Source: Planktothrix sp. GU0601_MAG3 (GTDB lineage: Bacteria; Cyanobacteriota; Cyanobacteriia; Cyanobacteriales; Microcoleaceae). Taken from it: DNA of 64,000 bases. Positions 29,698 to 41,905 of this stretch are shown here, in pieces. A model generated the notes under the pieces. The model was not told the origin of the DNA, made no database searches, and saw only the letters and a program-made list of their open reading frames with translations. Where the stretch lies: contig CP136572.1 in NCBI GenBank assembly GCA_035193785.1, forward strand, positions 3,124,578 through 3,188,577. The letters are read 5' to 3'. How positions within the stretch are numbered: position 1 is the first letter of the stretch; every line of letters begins with the position of its first letter. The position numbers and the translations under genes were made by a program.

Positions 29698-31258
29698 ATG
29701 GCTACAAATGAAACCCGCAATGAAGTAGAAGTTCGTTCTCATAAAGTCGATGAGTTGAGAGCATTGGGAATAGAACCCTATCCCAGTCATTCGCTGCAAA
29801 GGTCACATACAACCCAGGATATTAAAGACTTATTCGCCCAACCCGGGAAAGAATTAAATGATGGAGAAAGCGACCCCGATGCTATTCCTTTAAAGGTTTG
29901 TGGACGCATTACCTTTAAACGCGATAGTGGAAGTATTGGGTTTATTGGTTTAACCGATGTTGCGGGAACAATTCAACTCAAATTAGAGAAAAAATTAGTT
30001 ACGGGTGAAACAGGATTATCCTTTAATCAGGTTAAAAAATATCTCGATTTGGGGGATTTTGTTGCCGCCGAAGGCATTGGTTGTCGCACTAACCGAGGGG
30101 AATTATCCGTACAGGTGGAACGGATTTTTATTGTTTCTAAAGCCACTATGCCTTTTCCTGATGCCTATTATGGAGTTAATGACCCCGAAACTGTGTCGCC
30201 GTCATCGAGAAATTGATTTAGTTAGTAACTCGAAATCCTTAGAAACCTTTAAAGCTAGAAATCGCATTCTAAAAAGGATGCGTACTTATTTATGGGATAA
30301 TTGTTTTGAGGAATTAGAAACTCCTGTATTACAAGCAATTTATGGCGGGGCGGCGGCTCGTCCTTTTGTTACCCATCATAACAGTTTAGATATTAATTTA
30401 TATCTGCGAATTGCTACGGAATTGCATTTAAAACGGGCAATTTGTGGCGGTTTTGAACGGGTATTTGAAATTGGGCGGGTGTTTAGAAATGAAGGTATTG
30501 ATAGTACCCATAACCCGGAGTTTACCTCGATTGAATTGTATCAAGCCTACGCTGATTATTTTGATCTGATTACTTTAATTGAAGATCTAATTTGTGCGAT
30601 CGCCAAGGATGTTTTAGGAGAACAAACCACACTAGAATATCAGGGAGATGTGATTAGTTTAGAACGGAAATATAACTATTCTGAACAATATCCCACCTTT
30701 ACCGGAAGCCATTGGAAGGTACAAACAATGGTGGAAGCGGTGCGAGAAACCACGGGGTTAGATTTTGATACTTTAGAGTTAGATGAAGCCTTGAAAGCCG
30801 TAGAAAATTTAGGGTTGAATTTATCAAAATTAGAAACCCAAAGTTTAGGATATGTCCTTTATACGGTGTTTGATAAGTTAGTTTCGCATAAATTAATGCA
30901 ACCCACTTTTATTACGGAATTTCCGGTGGAAGTCAGTCCATTAGCTAAACGTCATCGTTCTAAATTGGGATTTGTAGAACGTTTTGAGTTATTTATTCAC
31001 GGGACAGAATATTCTAATGGCTTTTCTGAATTGAATGATCCCGAAGACCAACGCCAACGATTTGAAGCACAATTAACCCAGAAAAATGCCGGAGATGAAG
31101 AAGCTCATCCGATGGATGAAGATTTCATTCAAGCGCTATCTTTAGGGATGCCAAATTGTGGCGGAATGGGGATTGGAATTGATCGGTTAGTAATGTTATT
31201 TACTAATACCGCCAGCATTCGAGATGTGATTATGTTCCCGACCATGCGAACTTTATAA
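29698..31258 (+). CDS. lysS: Lysine--tRNA ligase, class II (frameshift near 30190)
   Basis: OB fold, GGAAARPFVTHHN, FRNEGIDSTHNPEFT, ERFELF, GMGIGIDRLVM. Confidence 0.97.
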
Positions 31259-31408
31259 ATTCTACCCCCCCTTGCTAATGGAGGATAATTTAGATTAATA
31301 TTAATAGAAAAAAATCTTCTGAATTTCCCTCCCATTACCAAGGGGAGAGCTAGGGTGGAGTGCTTTATTTATGTTAAAATTATATTTTGATTGAGGAAAA
31401 CTGGACTT

Positions 31409-31627
31409 ATGGAACGTTCAAAAATTATTGCGTATATTACGGGTGGGATTTCAATTATTTTGGCCTTGGCTTATTTATTAATGGTTTCTATTTTGGATTT
31501 TAGAGGTGAAATGTTACCCGCACCCGTAAGTCAAATTCCATCGACTATATTAGTGGAAAATATAGCGGGGAATCTGAGTGTAAACTTCCAAGCTGTTAAC
31601 GCTAATTTAAAATTAGACGGGATGTAG
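31409..31627 (+). CDS. Small membrane protein of a conserved cyanobacterial type
   Basis: MERSKIIAYITGGISIILALAYL...LDFRGEMLPAP; one TM helix. Confidence 0.65.
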   Translation: MERSKIIAYITGGISIILALAYLLMVSILDFRGEMLPAPVSQIPSTILVENIAGNLSVNFQAVNANLKLDGM

Positions 31628-31683
31628 AATTTTGACCCTTGACTTTCTAATCCCCAGAATTTCCTGGGATAAGTTGATTTTTT

Positions 31684-31905
31684 TTATTTTTCAATTGTAG
31701 AAATTTCGTCTACAATTTCTATTTGTTTACGAGCAATAGCCCGATAAATTCGAGATAGCGATCGCAATTCTTCTTCGGTTAAATTATCATCAAAAACTGC
31801 TGCTAACAATCCATAACGGTCGGCTAGGGTAACGCGACCTGTTTCGTGAATTTTGGCGAATAATTCACCGAGTGCAGACTCAATTAAACAAATGGGTGCT
31901 TCCAT
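31684..31905 (-). CDS. Hypothetical protein of a conserved cyanobacterial type
   Basis: ELFA....TG.VTLADRYGLLAA.....L.EEE.RS..R pattern. Confidence 0.65.
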   Translation of the reverse strand: MEAPICLIESALGELFAKIHETGRVTLADRYGLLAAVFDDNLTEEELRSLSRIYRAIARKQIEIVDEISTIEK

Positions 31906-32131
31906 GATCTGGTAAGTTGTGGTAGCGGAATTGACGTGATGATGGAGAATCGAGTATTCTTCAAAGTCCACAGTTTCAGCACAAATTCAATAGAATTTTA
32001 GCTGCGAGTCCCAGGAAAACCGTTGAATTAGGAGGCTGGTGGCGTTGAACTTTATTCTGATTATTTCAGGGTTTTGGATTTATGGGCGTGACTGAACTTT
32101 GGGAGGAGTGGTGATTCTTTGGAGATAACTC

Positions 32132-32147
32132 TGTGATCTAAATCACG
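32132..32147. promoter_or_regulatory. CRP/SyCRP1-like site TGTGA-N6-TCACG
   Basis: tgtgatctaaatcacg, 9/10 match to the consensus, upstream of the 31684-31905 gene. Confidence 0.5.
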
Positions 32148-32171
32148 CCCGTTGATTTGTCCCACTTAAAC

Positions 32172-32378
32172 CTAGTTTAATTTTAAAGCACTTACGGGAA
32201 CATCATCCCAGGATTCAACGCTTCTGAGCACAGCAACCCAACCTTCTTGTTTTTGGGTTTCGGTTAAGTTTTTTTGGAAGGATTCATGACAGTCCTGAGC
32301 TTGCTTTTCATCGGCGCAAGCAATACAAGAATAAACAATTCCCATCGGATCAAGTTGTTCATTTACCCAAATTACCAT
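32172..32378 (-). CDS. Small conserved-type cyanobacterial protein
   Basis: MVIWVNEQLDPMGIVYSCIAC...SWDDVPVSALKL. Confidence 0.7.
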   Translation of the reverse strand: MVIWVNEQLDPMGIVYSCIACADEKQAQDCHESFQKNLTETQKQEGWVAVLRSVESWDDVPVSALKLN

Positions 32379-32446
32379 TGTAAATCTTCTCCTCACCTAA
32401 TATCAGTAAATTGCCTTCATTTTATATTAAATTGGGAAGAATTTAC

Positions 32447-32980
<534 letters not shown>

Positions 32981-33018
32981 TCATCAGTATACAACAATTT
33001 TAATCAATAATCAATTGA

Positions 33019-34030
33019 TTATCTAATCCAACCTTTCAAGCGTTCAGCTACATTAGGACGGCGTAATTTTCGCATGGCTCTGGCTTGAATCTGTCGGACT
33101 CGTTCCCGGGATAAATTATAGACTCCACTGACTTCTTCTAGGGTGTAGGGAACGCCCGTAACCAATCCAAACCGCAGGGCTAAAACGTCTTTTTCTCGTT
33201 CAGTTAAAACTGTTCCTAAAACCTCTAATAAATCCTGGCGCATCATCATTTCATTCATTTGAGCTTCAGGGGTTTGGGTTTCCTGATCTTCTAAAATGTC
33301 CATTAATTCCGAGGTTTCTTCAGAACCAATGCGATGATTTAAAGATAGGGATTTGCGATGAACTTGTTCAAGTAAAATCACTTGTTCGGGAGTAATTCCC
33401 ATCGCCTCCGCCAGTTCTTCTTGGGTGGGTTTTCGATGGAGAGATTGCTTTAAATCTCGATAGGTTAACTTCATTTTATTCAACTGTTCAACAATATGAA
33501 CAGGTAGGCGAATTGTCCTCCCTTGATTGGCAATTGTGCGGGTAATTCCTTGACGAATCCACCAATAGGCGTAGGTCGAGAATTTATAACCTTTATCGGG
33601 ATCAAATTTTTCGGTGGCGCGGTTGAGTCCCAGGGCTCCTTCTTGAATTAAATCTAATAATGGAACTCCTCGATTAATATAACGTTTAGCAATGGATACC
33701 ACCAAGCGTAAATTAGAACTAATCATCCGGTTTTTTGCAGCATTTCCCGAATGTAAACGATGTTTTAATTCTGTCTCGGTTACTCCCACTAAATTTGCCA
33801 GTTTCTGCGGGGGTGGGTAAACGTCCTAACTCCAGGGTAAGTTGAGTTTGTTGGGCTTCGATTTTAACTAAACTTTGAATATGACGAGCGAGTTCGATTT
33901 CTTCGTCGGGTTTGAGTAAAGGATAACGCGCCATCCGTTTAAAGAGTGCGGCGATTGCGTCATCTCCTGATGCAGTCGCTTCTATAATAGGAAAGAATGT
34001 GGCATTCTGTGGATTCATTGTATCCTCCAT
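33019..34030 (-). CDS. Group 2 sigma-70 factor (frameshift near 33800)
   Basis: [39 protein letters not shown]; no region 1.1. Confidence 0.93.
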
Positions 34031-34096
34031 CCAGGTTAAGATTCGCCATGACAGAATGGTTTTGACGATCTATAATTCAAGCAGTCTACTTCCAGT

Positions 34097-34141
34097 TTTC
34101 CCCATCTTTAAAATCTTGAGTCCGATTAAAAGATGGGGAAA
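34097..34141. terminator. Hairpin downstream of pxcA
   Basis: tttccccatcttt...aaagatggggaaa. Confidence 0.5.
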
Positions 34142-34237
34142 TACTATCCATCACTACTTGATGCTGATCCCATTATAGGAGAGTTAATCAAAAGACAGGG
34201 AAATCCTTGGTATGGGTTTAATAATCATCCCCCTGAT

Positions 34238-35543
34238 TTACTCATTCATATTTCTTAATGTTGCCACCGCAGAAGGAGAAATACGACTGAGGTAACGGAA
34301 AATCCAGTATTTCATAATTGTATCCAGAATCACGGGAAAAGTGGCAATGAACAAAAAGATAAAGCTACGATTAGGTGCAATCCCTAAGTGATTAGAAAAT
34401 CCTTCTAATAGGACTTCCCAACCGTGGGGAGAGTGAAAACCGACAAAGATATCCGTGAGCAAAATAATAATAAATGCCTTAGCACTATCACTCAAATCGT
34501 AGATGACAGTATCGAGCAAGGATTTTAAGGCTGCAAACCCCTGGGAATTGAAAACAATTACTAAAGTAAAGGCAATTAATCCTACTAAATCGGCAAAAAC
34601 ATTACTAATTGCTTCACTGCTTCTGTGATCAAAATCACTGGCAATTTCTTCGGCTTTTTCCGCCATTTTCTTTTCAACTTCTTCAGCTTCAATAGCGGGC
34701 GTTTTGTAGAGTAAACTGCTCATTTGCAGTTCTTCTTCATAGGATTTTAACTCGTGAAAAGCCTCTTCTTTCATTTCTGGGTTAAGAAATAGAGTAACTT
34801 CATGGGTTAGTCGATAATGTTCTACTAGAGGAAGAAAGACAAAGTTTTTAGAGAGTTGTTGTGATAAAAGGGGAATTAAAATAAGTAGCAAGAGGAAATT
34901 AATCGCTGATTTTGTTTTTTTCCTTGATGACCGATAGCTACTGATTAACCGTTCTTCGGAACTATCATCTAATTCCGTTTGGATCTTTTGAAACGTGCGC
35001 CCAATAGAAACGGGGTAAAGCCCCAGTTTTTTTTCCTTTAAACACTTCTCCAGAAGTTTGAACTTCTACAAAGTCAAGGGGGGATAAATCTGATTTTTCG
35101 CCAGATTGTCCATTGTTCACTCTGTTGACAGATGTAAACCGAGATGAATCAGTAGACAGAGGAGAAGCGGAAGCATCATATTGATATTTATCAACAACTT
35201 CATCAATGAATTTTAGTTTTTCGATAAATTCTATATTTCCCGAATTGTCCAAACTCCGGGTCAGTTTAAATTCACCCAGTTTAAATTTAACGGTGTTTAA
35301 ATTCTGCTCAACATCCTTAATAAAGCATTCTAAAACACTGGGAGTATATTGGGGTGCATCTTCGGAAACTTTTTGTCCCCCAAAATGCTGATCTTCTATG
35401 GTTTTTATCGCTAAAGCAGCTTGATAGGCCTGTTGTAATGCTCTTTCTGGGGTTTTATGTAACCATTGGTTACCGGACTTAAACACATTCAAAAATCGAA
35501 CCCCTAAACTACCTTTTTGAACTTTGAAAATAGAATTATTCAT
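34238..35543 (-). CDS. pxcA: Proton extrusion protein PxcA/CemA (frameshift near 35010)
   Basis: TPERALQQAYQAALAIKTIED.HF; LSDSAKAFIIIL.TDIFVGFHSPHGWE. Confidence 0.92.
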
Positions 35544-35587
35544 CTGGATGGCGTTGGCTAGAACAGAACAATAACAATAATAGGAGT

Positions 35588-36263
35588 TTAACTTGGGTTG
35601 ATGATCGCTAAGAGGTCAGGGACGGGAAAGGGCTCTTGTTCAAGGGGAACAAACTGATTTTGTTTAACATCATACGCTAAAATTCTTCCCGTTTCAATTT
35701 CATAAACCCAGGCATGAAGATGGAGTTTTCCAGCGTGTAACCGAGACCTAACAACTGGATAGGTTTCTAGGTTAGCAATCTGATTCAAAACATTAGTTTG
35801 GGTGGCAATACTTAATAATTCCTCCCCCGAATATTCTGAATAATTCTCTCCAATGATCCGACGAATTGATTCTCCATAAACTTTTAACCAATCATATACC
35901 AAGGGCATTTCATCATACAAACTTTGGAGTTGAAGTAATCCTTTGATACTACCACAAAGGGAATGCCCACAGATGATAATTTCTTTAATATTCAAGGCTT
36001 GAACTGCATATTCAATTCCGGCGCCTTCGCTGCTATTTAGAGTTCCGTAAGGAGGAATGATATTACCGATATTGCGAATAATAAAGATTTCTCCGGGTTT
36101 CAGTCTGAGTCAGCAAGTTGGGAGCAATCCTAGAGTCACAACAAGTTATAAATAAAATCTCCGGGGTTTGACCGTGAGAGAGGCGTTGAAATAGGTCTTG
36201 GTGCGCCTTAAAGTAATTTTGTTGAAAATCATTTAAACCACTAATAATGCGTTTAATGGGCAT
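35588..36263 (-). CDS. Beta-class carbonic anhydrase (frameshift near 36098)
   Basis: FITCCDSR, RNIGN, CGHSLCG, LHAWVYEIETG. Confidence 0.92.
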
Positions 36264-36349
36264 AAATATGTCCTCAATCACTAACCAATCGAGATCCGGT
36301 AGACTGCCAACTGATAAATGATTTGAATGTATCCTGTTTCAAAATTCCT

Positions 36350-36520
36350 TTAGTGTATCACCCATTTCCCATCACGGAACAAACAAACACCCCTATCTCC
36401 TTTTCCCGAAGTATCTTTAATTAAGGTATAGCCAGATACTTTAATCCGATCCAAAATATCCAGTGCATCCTGAATGTGAAACGTATTAATGATGATTTCT
36501 ATTCTTTTGATATCCTGCAT
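36350..36520 (-). CDS. Internally deleted P-II/SbtB-like paralogue, 56 aa (absent from the ORF track; may be a pseudogene)
   Basis: MQDIKRIEIII...SGYTLIKDTSGKGDRG joined directly to VCLFRDGKWVIH*. Confidence 0.7.
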   Translation of the reverse strand: MQDIKRIEIIINTFHIQDALDILDRIKVSGYTLIKDTSGKGDRGVCLFRDGKWVIH

Positions 36521-36535
36521 AGTACATTCAAAATC

Positions 36536-36829
36536 TTAGTGATGAATCCAAGTAGCATCGCTCACTAAACACATCCCTCCCACTCGCTTCAGCAGAGGAT
36601 TAACGCTGGAAATAATTTGCTCAAGTTGTTTTTCGTTGGTGCAAACTGTCATAATATAAGTATTAGTAAATACTTCTCCTAAATCATCATTATAAAAACC
36701 GCGATCTCCTTTTCCAGATGTATTTTTGATCACGGTATATCCCTTAACTTTGGCTTGGTCTAAGAGTTCTAAAACTTCATTAGCTTCAAAACTACCAATG
36801 ATAATTTCAACTTTTTTTACCGCTTCCAT
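36536..36829 (-). CDS. P-II family / SbtB-like regulator
   Basis: KKVEII...GYTVIKNTSGKGDRG...GGMCLVSDA; follows an SbtA-like gene. Confidence 0.85.
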   Translation of the reverse strand: MEAVKKVEIIIGSFEANEVLELLDQAKVKGYTVIKNTSGKGDRGFYNDDLGEVFTNTYIMTVCTNEKQLEQIISSVNPLLKRVGGMCLVSDATWIHH

Positions 36830-36832
36830 TCT

Positions 36833-37811
36833 CTAAGCTCCAATATATTTGATGATTTGTAAATACAGGGGAATTCCCACAATAATATTAAAGGGAAATG
36901 TTAGGGCCAGTGCCATGGAAACGTAAATACTAGGATTGGCTTCAGGAACGGTCATGCGCATGGCGGCGGGAACAGCAATATAGGAAGCACTGGCACAGAG
37001 AACCGCAAACAGTAATGTGTTTCCTTCACCAAATCCTAAAACTTTGCCAATAATAATCCCCAAAATTGCATTAGCAACGGGAATAAAGACGGAAAAACCA
37101 ATCAAAAATGATCCGGTTTTGCTCAATTCTCTAATTCGCTTGGCGGCTACCAATCCCATATCTAAAAGGAAAAAGGTTAAAGCACCATAGAAAATACCTT
37201 GGGTAAATGGTTGTAATTTTTCCCAGCCTTTTTCTCCGGTTAACAGTCCGACAATTAGACTACCGACTAATAGAAAAACAGAACCATTTAAAAAGGATTC
37301 ATGTAGAACTTTTCCCCAAGAAAAAGCCTGATTTTCCCCCTCTTTCGCCGGGGCAAAAACCCGGACTAATACAATCCCAATAATAATTGCCGGAGATTCC
37401 ATTAAAGCCAGGGCCGCCACCATGTGTCCGCCATATTCAATATGCAATTTTTCCAGGAAGGAACTGGCGGTAATAAATGTTACCGCACTCGTGGAACCAT
37501 AGGTGGCCGCAATCGCCGCCGCATTATAGGCATCCAGTTTCAGGCGCAGAATAAAAAAGCTATAGGCAGGAAACCACAAGGGCCATAACAACCGAAGCCA
37601 TCATGGTTAAGGCAATTTGGGGATTAATTCCACTTTCTGATAACTCATAGCCCCCTTTAAATCCAATTGCCAATAATAAATACAACGAGAACAGTTTGGG
37701 TAGGGGCTGAGGGATTTCTAAATCCGATTTACAAAAGACGGCTAACATCCCCAGAAAGAAAAATAGTACCGGAGGATTGAGGATATTAAATAAAATCAGA
37801 CTTCCATCCAT
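36833..37811 (-). CDS. SbtA-like sodium-dependent bicarbonate permease (frameshift near 37575)
   Basis: SDLEIP, LYLLLAIGFKGG, AATYGSTSAVTF, MESPAII, ASASYIAVPAA, TFPFNI. Confidence 0.9.
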
Positions 37812-37867
37812 AGGTTAGAGTTTGGGTATAGGTGATGCAAAAAATCTTAATATTGAAATGTTACAAC

Positions 37868-38764
37868 CTATTTGTAATTAGTATATGACTTTTTTAAGGT
37901 GGTCGCTCTTTTGGCAATTCTAATCAAATTTTTAGAGGAACTATTGCGATTAACTGTTATCCGAGAAATCCGATATTTATTTGTATAGCGATTAATCCGC
38001 GCCATATTTCCATCATAAATATATCCGGTTAAATAATAGGGAGATAAAGATTTTTCTACTCTCCGGTTAACTTTTCCAAAGGGATAAGCAAAATGAGCAG
38101 CTACCAATTTATTTTTATCTAAATCTTCCATACAGGTTCTCAGATCAAGTTTAGCTTGTTCGAGTTCAAATTTTAAATCTTTTCCTTTGATTAGGGTTAA
38201 TTGTTTATGGGTTTGACCATGGGATTGAATATCATAATATCCGCGTTTATAGCCATCGCGTAGTTCTGCACAACTAACATGGGGTAAAAAGTCTTTTAAC
38301 CTAACTCCCATTAAGCCAGGATTCACAAACCAGACGATTTTGGTTTTTTTGTTGTATTGTTTTTCTAAATCTTTTAAAATAGGTAAAACATGATCATGAA
38401 CGCCAGAATAACCATCATCAAAGGTAATCATAACGGGCTTTTGTCCAATTTTTTCTAAAGGAATCGGCTGGGATTTTTCAATAAAATAGATAAATAAATC
38501 TTGAGTTGTTAAAAACCAATAGTTATTTTTAGCTAAATAATTAATAAAAGTATAGAAATCCTTTTTAAAATAATCATTCTCAAATTGGGATCTTTTTTCG
38601 GGACTTTGATCAATATTGGATTCATCAATAATATCATGTAATCCAAAAATTGGGATTCTGATACTGGCGGTTCTGTAGGTAGCTCCCAGGGCGGGAATAC
38701 CCAACAAAATTACACAAAGTAAGCCAATTAGGAAACTCAGCAAAATTCGATTTATTTTTGCCAT
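37868..38764 (-). CDS. Polysaccharide deacetylase family protein
   Basis: ITFDDGY, IQSHGQTH, FAYPFG; signal peptide. Confidence 0.9.
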   Translation of the reverse strand: MAKINRILLSFLIGLLCVILLGIPALGATYRTASIRIPIFGLHDIIDESNIDQSPEKRSQFENDYFKKDFYTFINYLAKNNYWFLTTQDLFIYFIEKSQPIPLEKIGQKPVMITFDDGYSGVHDHVLPILKDLEKQYNKKTKIVWFVNPGLMGVRLKDFLPHVSCAELRDGYKRGYYDIQSHGQTHKQLTLIKGKDLKFELEQAKLDLRTCMEDLDKNKLVAAHFAYPFGKVNRRVEKSLSPYYLTGYIYDGNMARINRYTNKYRISRITVNRNSSSKNLIRIAKRATTLKKSYTNYK

Positions 38765-38818
38765 TTCTATTGCAGAATAGAGAGATTAGAACCACAAACA
38801 CACGCAGTAATTTTAAGT

Positions 38819-39359
38819 TTAACTGAATCCGATTTCTCTCCCCTTTCCGGCGTGAACCAGGGCTAATTTTTCATAGCGTTTGGCGTGTTCAATTAAATCC
38901 GCCGCAGCTTCCGGGGACACATCCCGCAGTAGTTTGGCAGGAAACCCCCACAACCAAGGAAAACGGCGGCACATCTTTGGTGACCACCGAACCCGCCCCA
39001 ATTATACTTCCGGTTCCCACCCGTACCCCATCTAAGATAACAGCCCCAATTCCAATTAAACTGCCCCGTTCAATATGGGCTCCGTGAATTACCGCCCGAT
39101 GACCCACGGTAACATAATCTTCCAAAAGGGTAACTTTCCCCGGATCACCGTGCAGAATTGCACCATCCTGTATATTAGTTTTGGCACCAATAATAATTCG
39201 TGCCACATCCCCCCGAACCACCGCCCCATACCAAATACTCGCCCCCGCCCCAATCTCCACAAACCCCATAACGACGGCATTGGGGGCAACAAAAGCAGCC
39301 TGGGAAATATCGACATCGGGCCAGTAGGGTTGATCATTCTGTAGAAATTGATCAGACAT
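38819..39359 (-). CDS. Gamma-carbonic-anhydrase-family hexapeptide protein (frameshift near 38945)
   Basis: IWYGAVVRGD, NIQDGAILH, VTVGHRAVIHG. Confidence 0.9.
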
Positions 39360-39458
39360 GGGTGTTAGATTTCCTCAAAAACGAACAAACCAGAATTAAC
39401 AAGAAAGGTTAAAATTCCTATAGCTATAATATAATCCCAGGTTTAAAACCATTTGAGC

Positions 39459-39965
39459 ATGAATTCTGCCTTGCAGTACCCAATTTTTGGCCCTGAGATT
39501 AATTGTCCCCATTGCCGCCAGCCAATTCCCGCCCTGACGCTGACGGACACCTATTTGTGTTCCCGTCATGGAGCCTTTGAGTCTGACCCGAATACGGGGG
39601 AGTTGGTTCACCTGCAATCGGGCCGTCATTGGCGACTATGGCAGGGAGAGTGGTATCGACAACATACCCATCCCGACGGGATTCGGTTTGAAATCCATGA
39701 AGCCCTAGACCGACTCTACACCCAAGGCTATCGGGCTACCCGCGTGATTATTGCCAAACGCTATCAGGATTTAATTAGTAGCTATTTGGAACGGAGTACC
39801 CCCTGGCAGAATTCGACGGAGGCAACTGAACCAAAATTGTATGGTTTACCAGTGGAATTTAGTCCCGATGTTGCGGATGAACCCCGTTGGGATGTGATTA
39901 ATTTTGATTTAGAAAAAGAACAGGGCACTCCCGTGCGTTATCCCTATTTTCGATTATTTGAGTAA
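39459..39965 (+). CDS. TIGR02652-type conserved cyanobacterial protein
   Basis: QYPIFGPEINCPHCRQ.IPALTLTDTYLC.RHGAFE. Confidence 0.8.
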   Translation: MNSALQYPIFGPEINCPHCRQPIPALTLTDTYLCSRHGAFESDPNTGELVHLQSGRHWRLWQGEWYRQHTHPDGIRFEIHEALDRLYTQGYRATRVIIAKRYQDLISSYLERSTPWQNSTEATEPKLYGLPVEFSPDVADEPRWDVINFDLEKEQGTPVRYPYFRLFE

Positions 39966-39976
39966 GGGGAAAGTTC

Positions 39977-40408
39977 ATGCACCATATCTCAATTCGTACC
40001 GCTAATATTCATCGAGCGATCGCTTTTTATGAAATTCTAGGATTTACGGTTTGTGAACGCTTCACCACCGGATATACTTTGGCCTGTTGGATGGAGGGTT
40101 TAAATGGCAGGATTGAATTAATTGAAATTCCCCAACCCCAACCCGCCCCCGATGCTTTTGGCGATGAACATTATGTCGGTTATTATCATATTTCTTTTGA
40201 TTTAACCAATCAGGTTTCCGATCTAGTTAGTTGGTTAAATCATCTCAAAGCTCAGTTTAATCAGGCTATTATAGAACAGCCTAATTTATTTCAACCCCTA
40301 AATATTTTACTGGAACCGATGCAACAAATGATCGGAGATCGGGTTTATGAAGTAATGTTTATTGCCGATTCAGATGGTTTACCCTTGGAGTTTATTCGGA
40401 TTTTGTAG
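39977..40408 (+). CDS. VOC/glyoxalase family protein
   Basis: MHHISIRT, GYYHISF, DSDGLPLEF. Confidence 0.9.
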   Translation: MHHISIRTANIHRAIAFYEILGFTVCERFTTGYTLACWMEGLNGRIELIEIPQPQPAPDAFGDEHYVGYYHISFDLTNQVSDLVSWLNHLKAQFNQAIIEQPNLFQPLNILLEPMQQMIGDRVYEVMFIADSDGLPLEFIRIL

Positions 40409-40530
40409 GAATTACGAATGGGGAATGGGGAATGGGGAATTTAAGTTTAAACCTAATTTCCCTTGTGCAAATAAGTCAGCTTAACGGTATATTAATATTT
40501 CGTTGCTGTAATTTATTGAAGGAGATTAAA

Positions 40531-40770
40531 ATGCAATCCAAAACCATTCAGTTATTTCTCGCCGTTGGTTTAGCCACTACTTTAGGGGCCTGTGGCGCAG
40601 CAGATAAAGGAGGAGAAGGTGCAAAACCCGAGGAAACCACTGCACCCTCTCCCGTAGCCACATCCAGTCCAGCCACCCCTGCTCCCGCAGCCACCTCAAC
40701 TCCATCTTCATCAGATGATGATGACAAAAAGGATGGGGATAACGAGGGGGGAGAAGGAGGCGAAGGTTAA
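40531..40770 (+). CDS. Small low-complexity lipoprotein
   Basis: RBS GGAG, signal peptide with lipobox LGAC, EGGEGGEG tail. Confidence 0.75.
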   Translation: MQSKTIQLFLAVGLATTLGACGAADKGGEGAKPEETTAPSPVATSSPATPAPAATSTPSSSDDDDKKDGDNEGGEGGEG

Positions 40771-40907
40771 AACCCTTTTCCTGTGGAGATATTCCCAAGA
40801 ATGTCTCTACAGTTATAGCGTTAGCCATAATCCAGAAAACCTAACGGTGAATTTTTTCCCCCCTATTACCCATTACCCAAAACCCAAAACCCAAAACCCA
40901 AAACCCA

Positions 40908-41696
40908 TTACCCATTACCCGGCGGAAATTTCCCCTCACGAACTTCGGTACAAAACTCCTGCACAGCCTGGGTAATAGTTTGTTGTAAATTGGCATAGGT
41001 TTTAGCAAAGGGGGGTTGCCATGCGGATAAACCCAAAATATCAGAAGTCACTAAAACTTGGCCATCGCAACCGCCCCCCGCTCCGATGCCAATGGTGGGA
41101 ATCCCTAATTTTTGTGTGATATTTTGGGCTAAATCCGAGGGGATATGTTCCAGGACAATACTAAAGGCTCCGGCTTGCTCTAAAGCGATCGCCTCTGCAA
41201 TAATTCGTGCAGCCTGATCCGATGTTTTTCCCTGTTTGCGATAACCGCCAAATTGGTGTACCGATTGCGGCGTTAGTCCCACATGACCCATCACTGGAAT
41301 TCCCACTTGGACTAACTGACCAACGGTTTCCGCCATCGCCGGATATCCGCCCTCAAGTTTTACCCCTTGAGCACCCGTTTCCTTGAGAATTCGTCCAGCC
41401 GAATGAATCGCTTGTTGAGGACTTTCTTGATAGGTTAAAAACGGTAAATCAACCACCAATAAAGCCTGTTTTACCCCCCGTCGCACCGCCTTAGCATGAT
41501 GAATAATTTCATCTAAAGTTAGGGGTAAGGTCGTGTCATATCCCAACCCGACCATCGCCAGAGAATCACCGACCAAAACAATATCAATTCCAGCCTGATC
41601 AATCAATTGGGCGATCGCATATTCATAAGCTGTTAACACCGTAATCCGTCGGCCCTGTTGTTTCCACTGACTTAATTGTTGCGTTGTAACTGGCAT
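40908..41696 (-). CDS. panB: 3-methyl-2-oxobutanoate hydroxymethyltransferase
   Basis: [27 protein letters not shown]. Confidence 0.96.
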   Translation of the reverse strand: MPVTTQQLSQWKQQGRRITVLTAYEYAIAQLIDQAGIDIVLVGDSLAMVGLGYDTTLPLTLDEIIHHAKAVRRGVKQALLVVDLPFLTYQESPQQAIHSAGRILKETGAQGVKLEGGYPAMAETVGQLVQVGIPVMGHVGLTPQSVHQFGGYRKQGKTSDQAARIIAEAIALEQAGAFSIVLEHIPSDLAQNITQKLGIPTIGIGAGGGCDGQVLVTSDILGLSAWQPPFAKTYANLQQTITQAVQEFCTEVREGKFPPGNG

Positions 41697-41905
41697 TTAC
41701 TAATTTTAGATAATTTTATCAGATTGAATAGCGTGCCACTTGAGTTTAGAATGAAAGTGGGGGTTGGTCGGCTTCAATCTCAACTCCTCTGAACCTCCCA
41801 TACCTTGTGCCCGATAAAGCTCAGATCCTATAAATAATAAGCTCTTGGAGGGAGAAGTTCCGCCCCCAAGCGTGGCTATGAAAAAAACCAATAGGGGGAA
41901 TTGTT

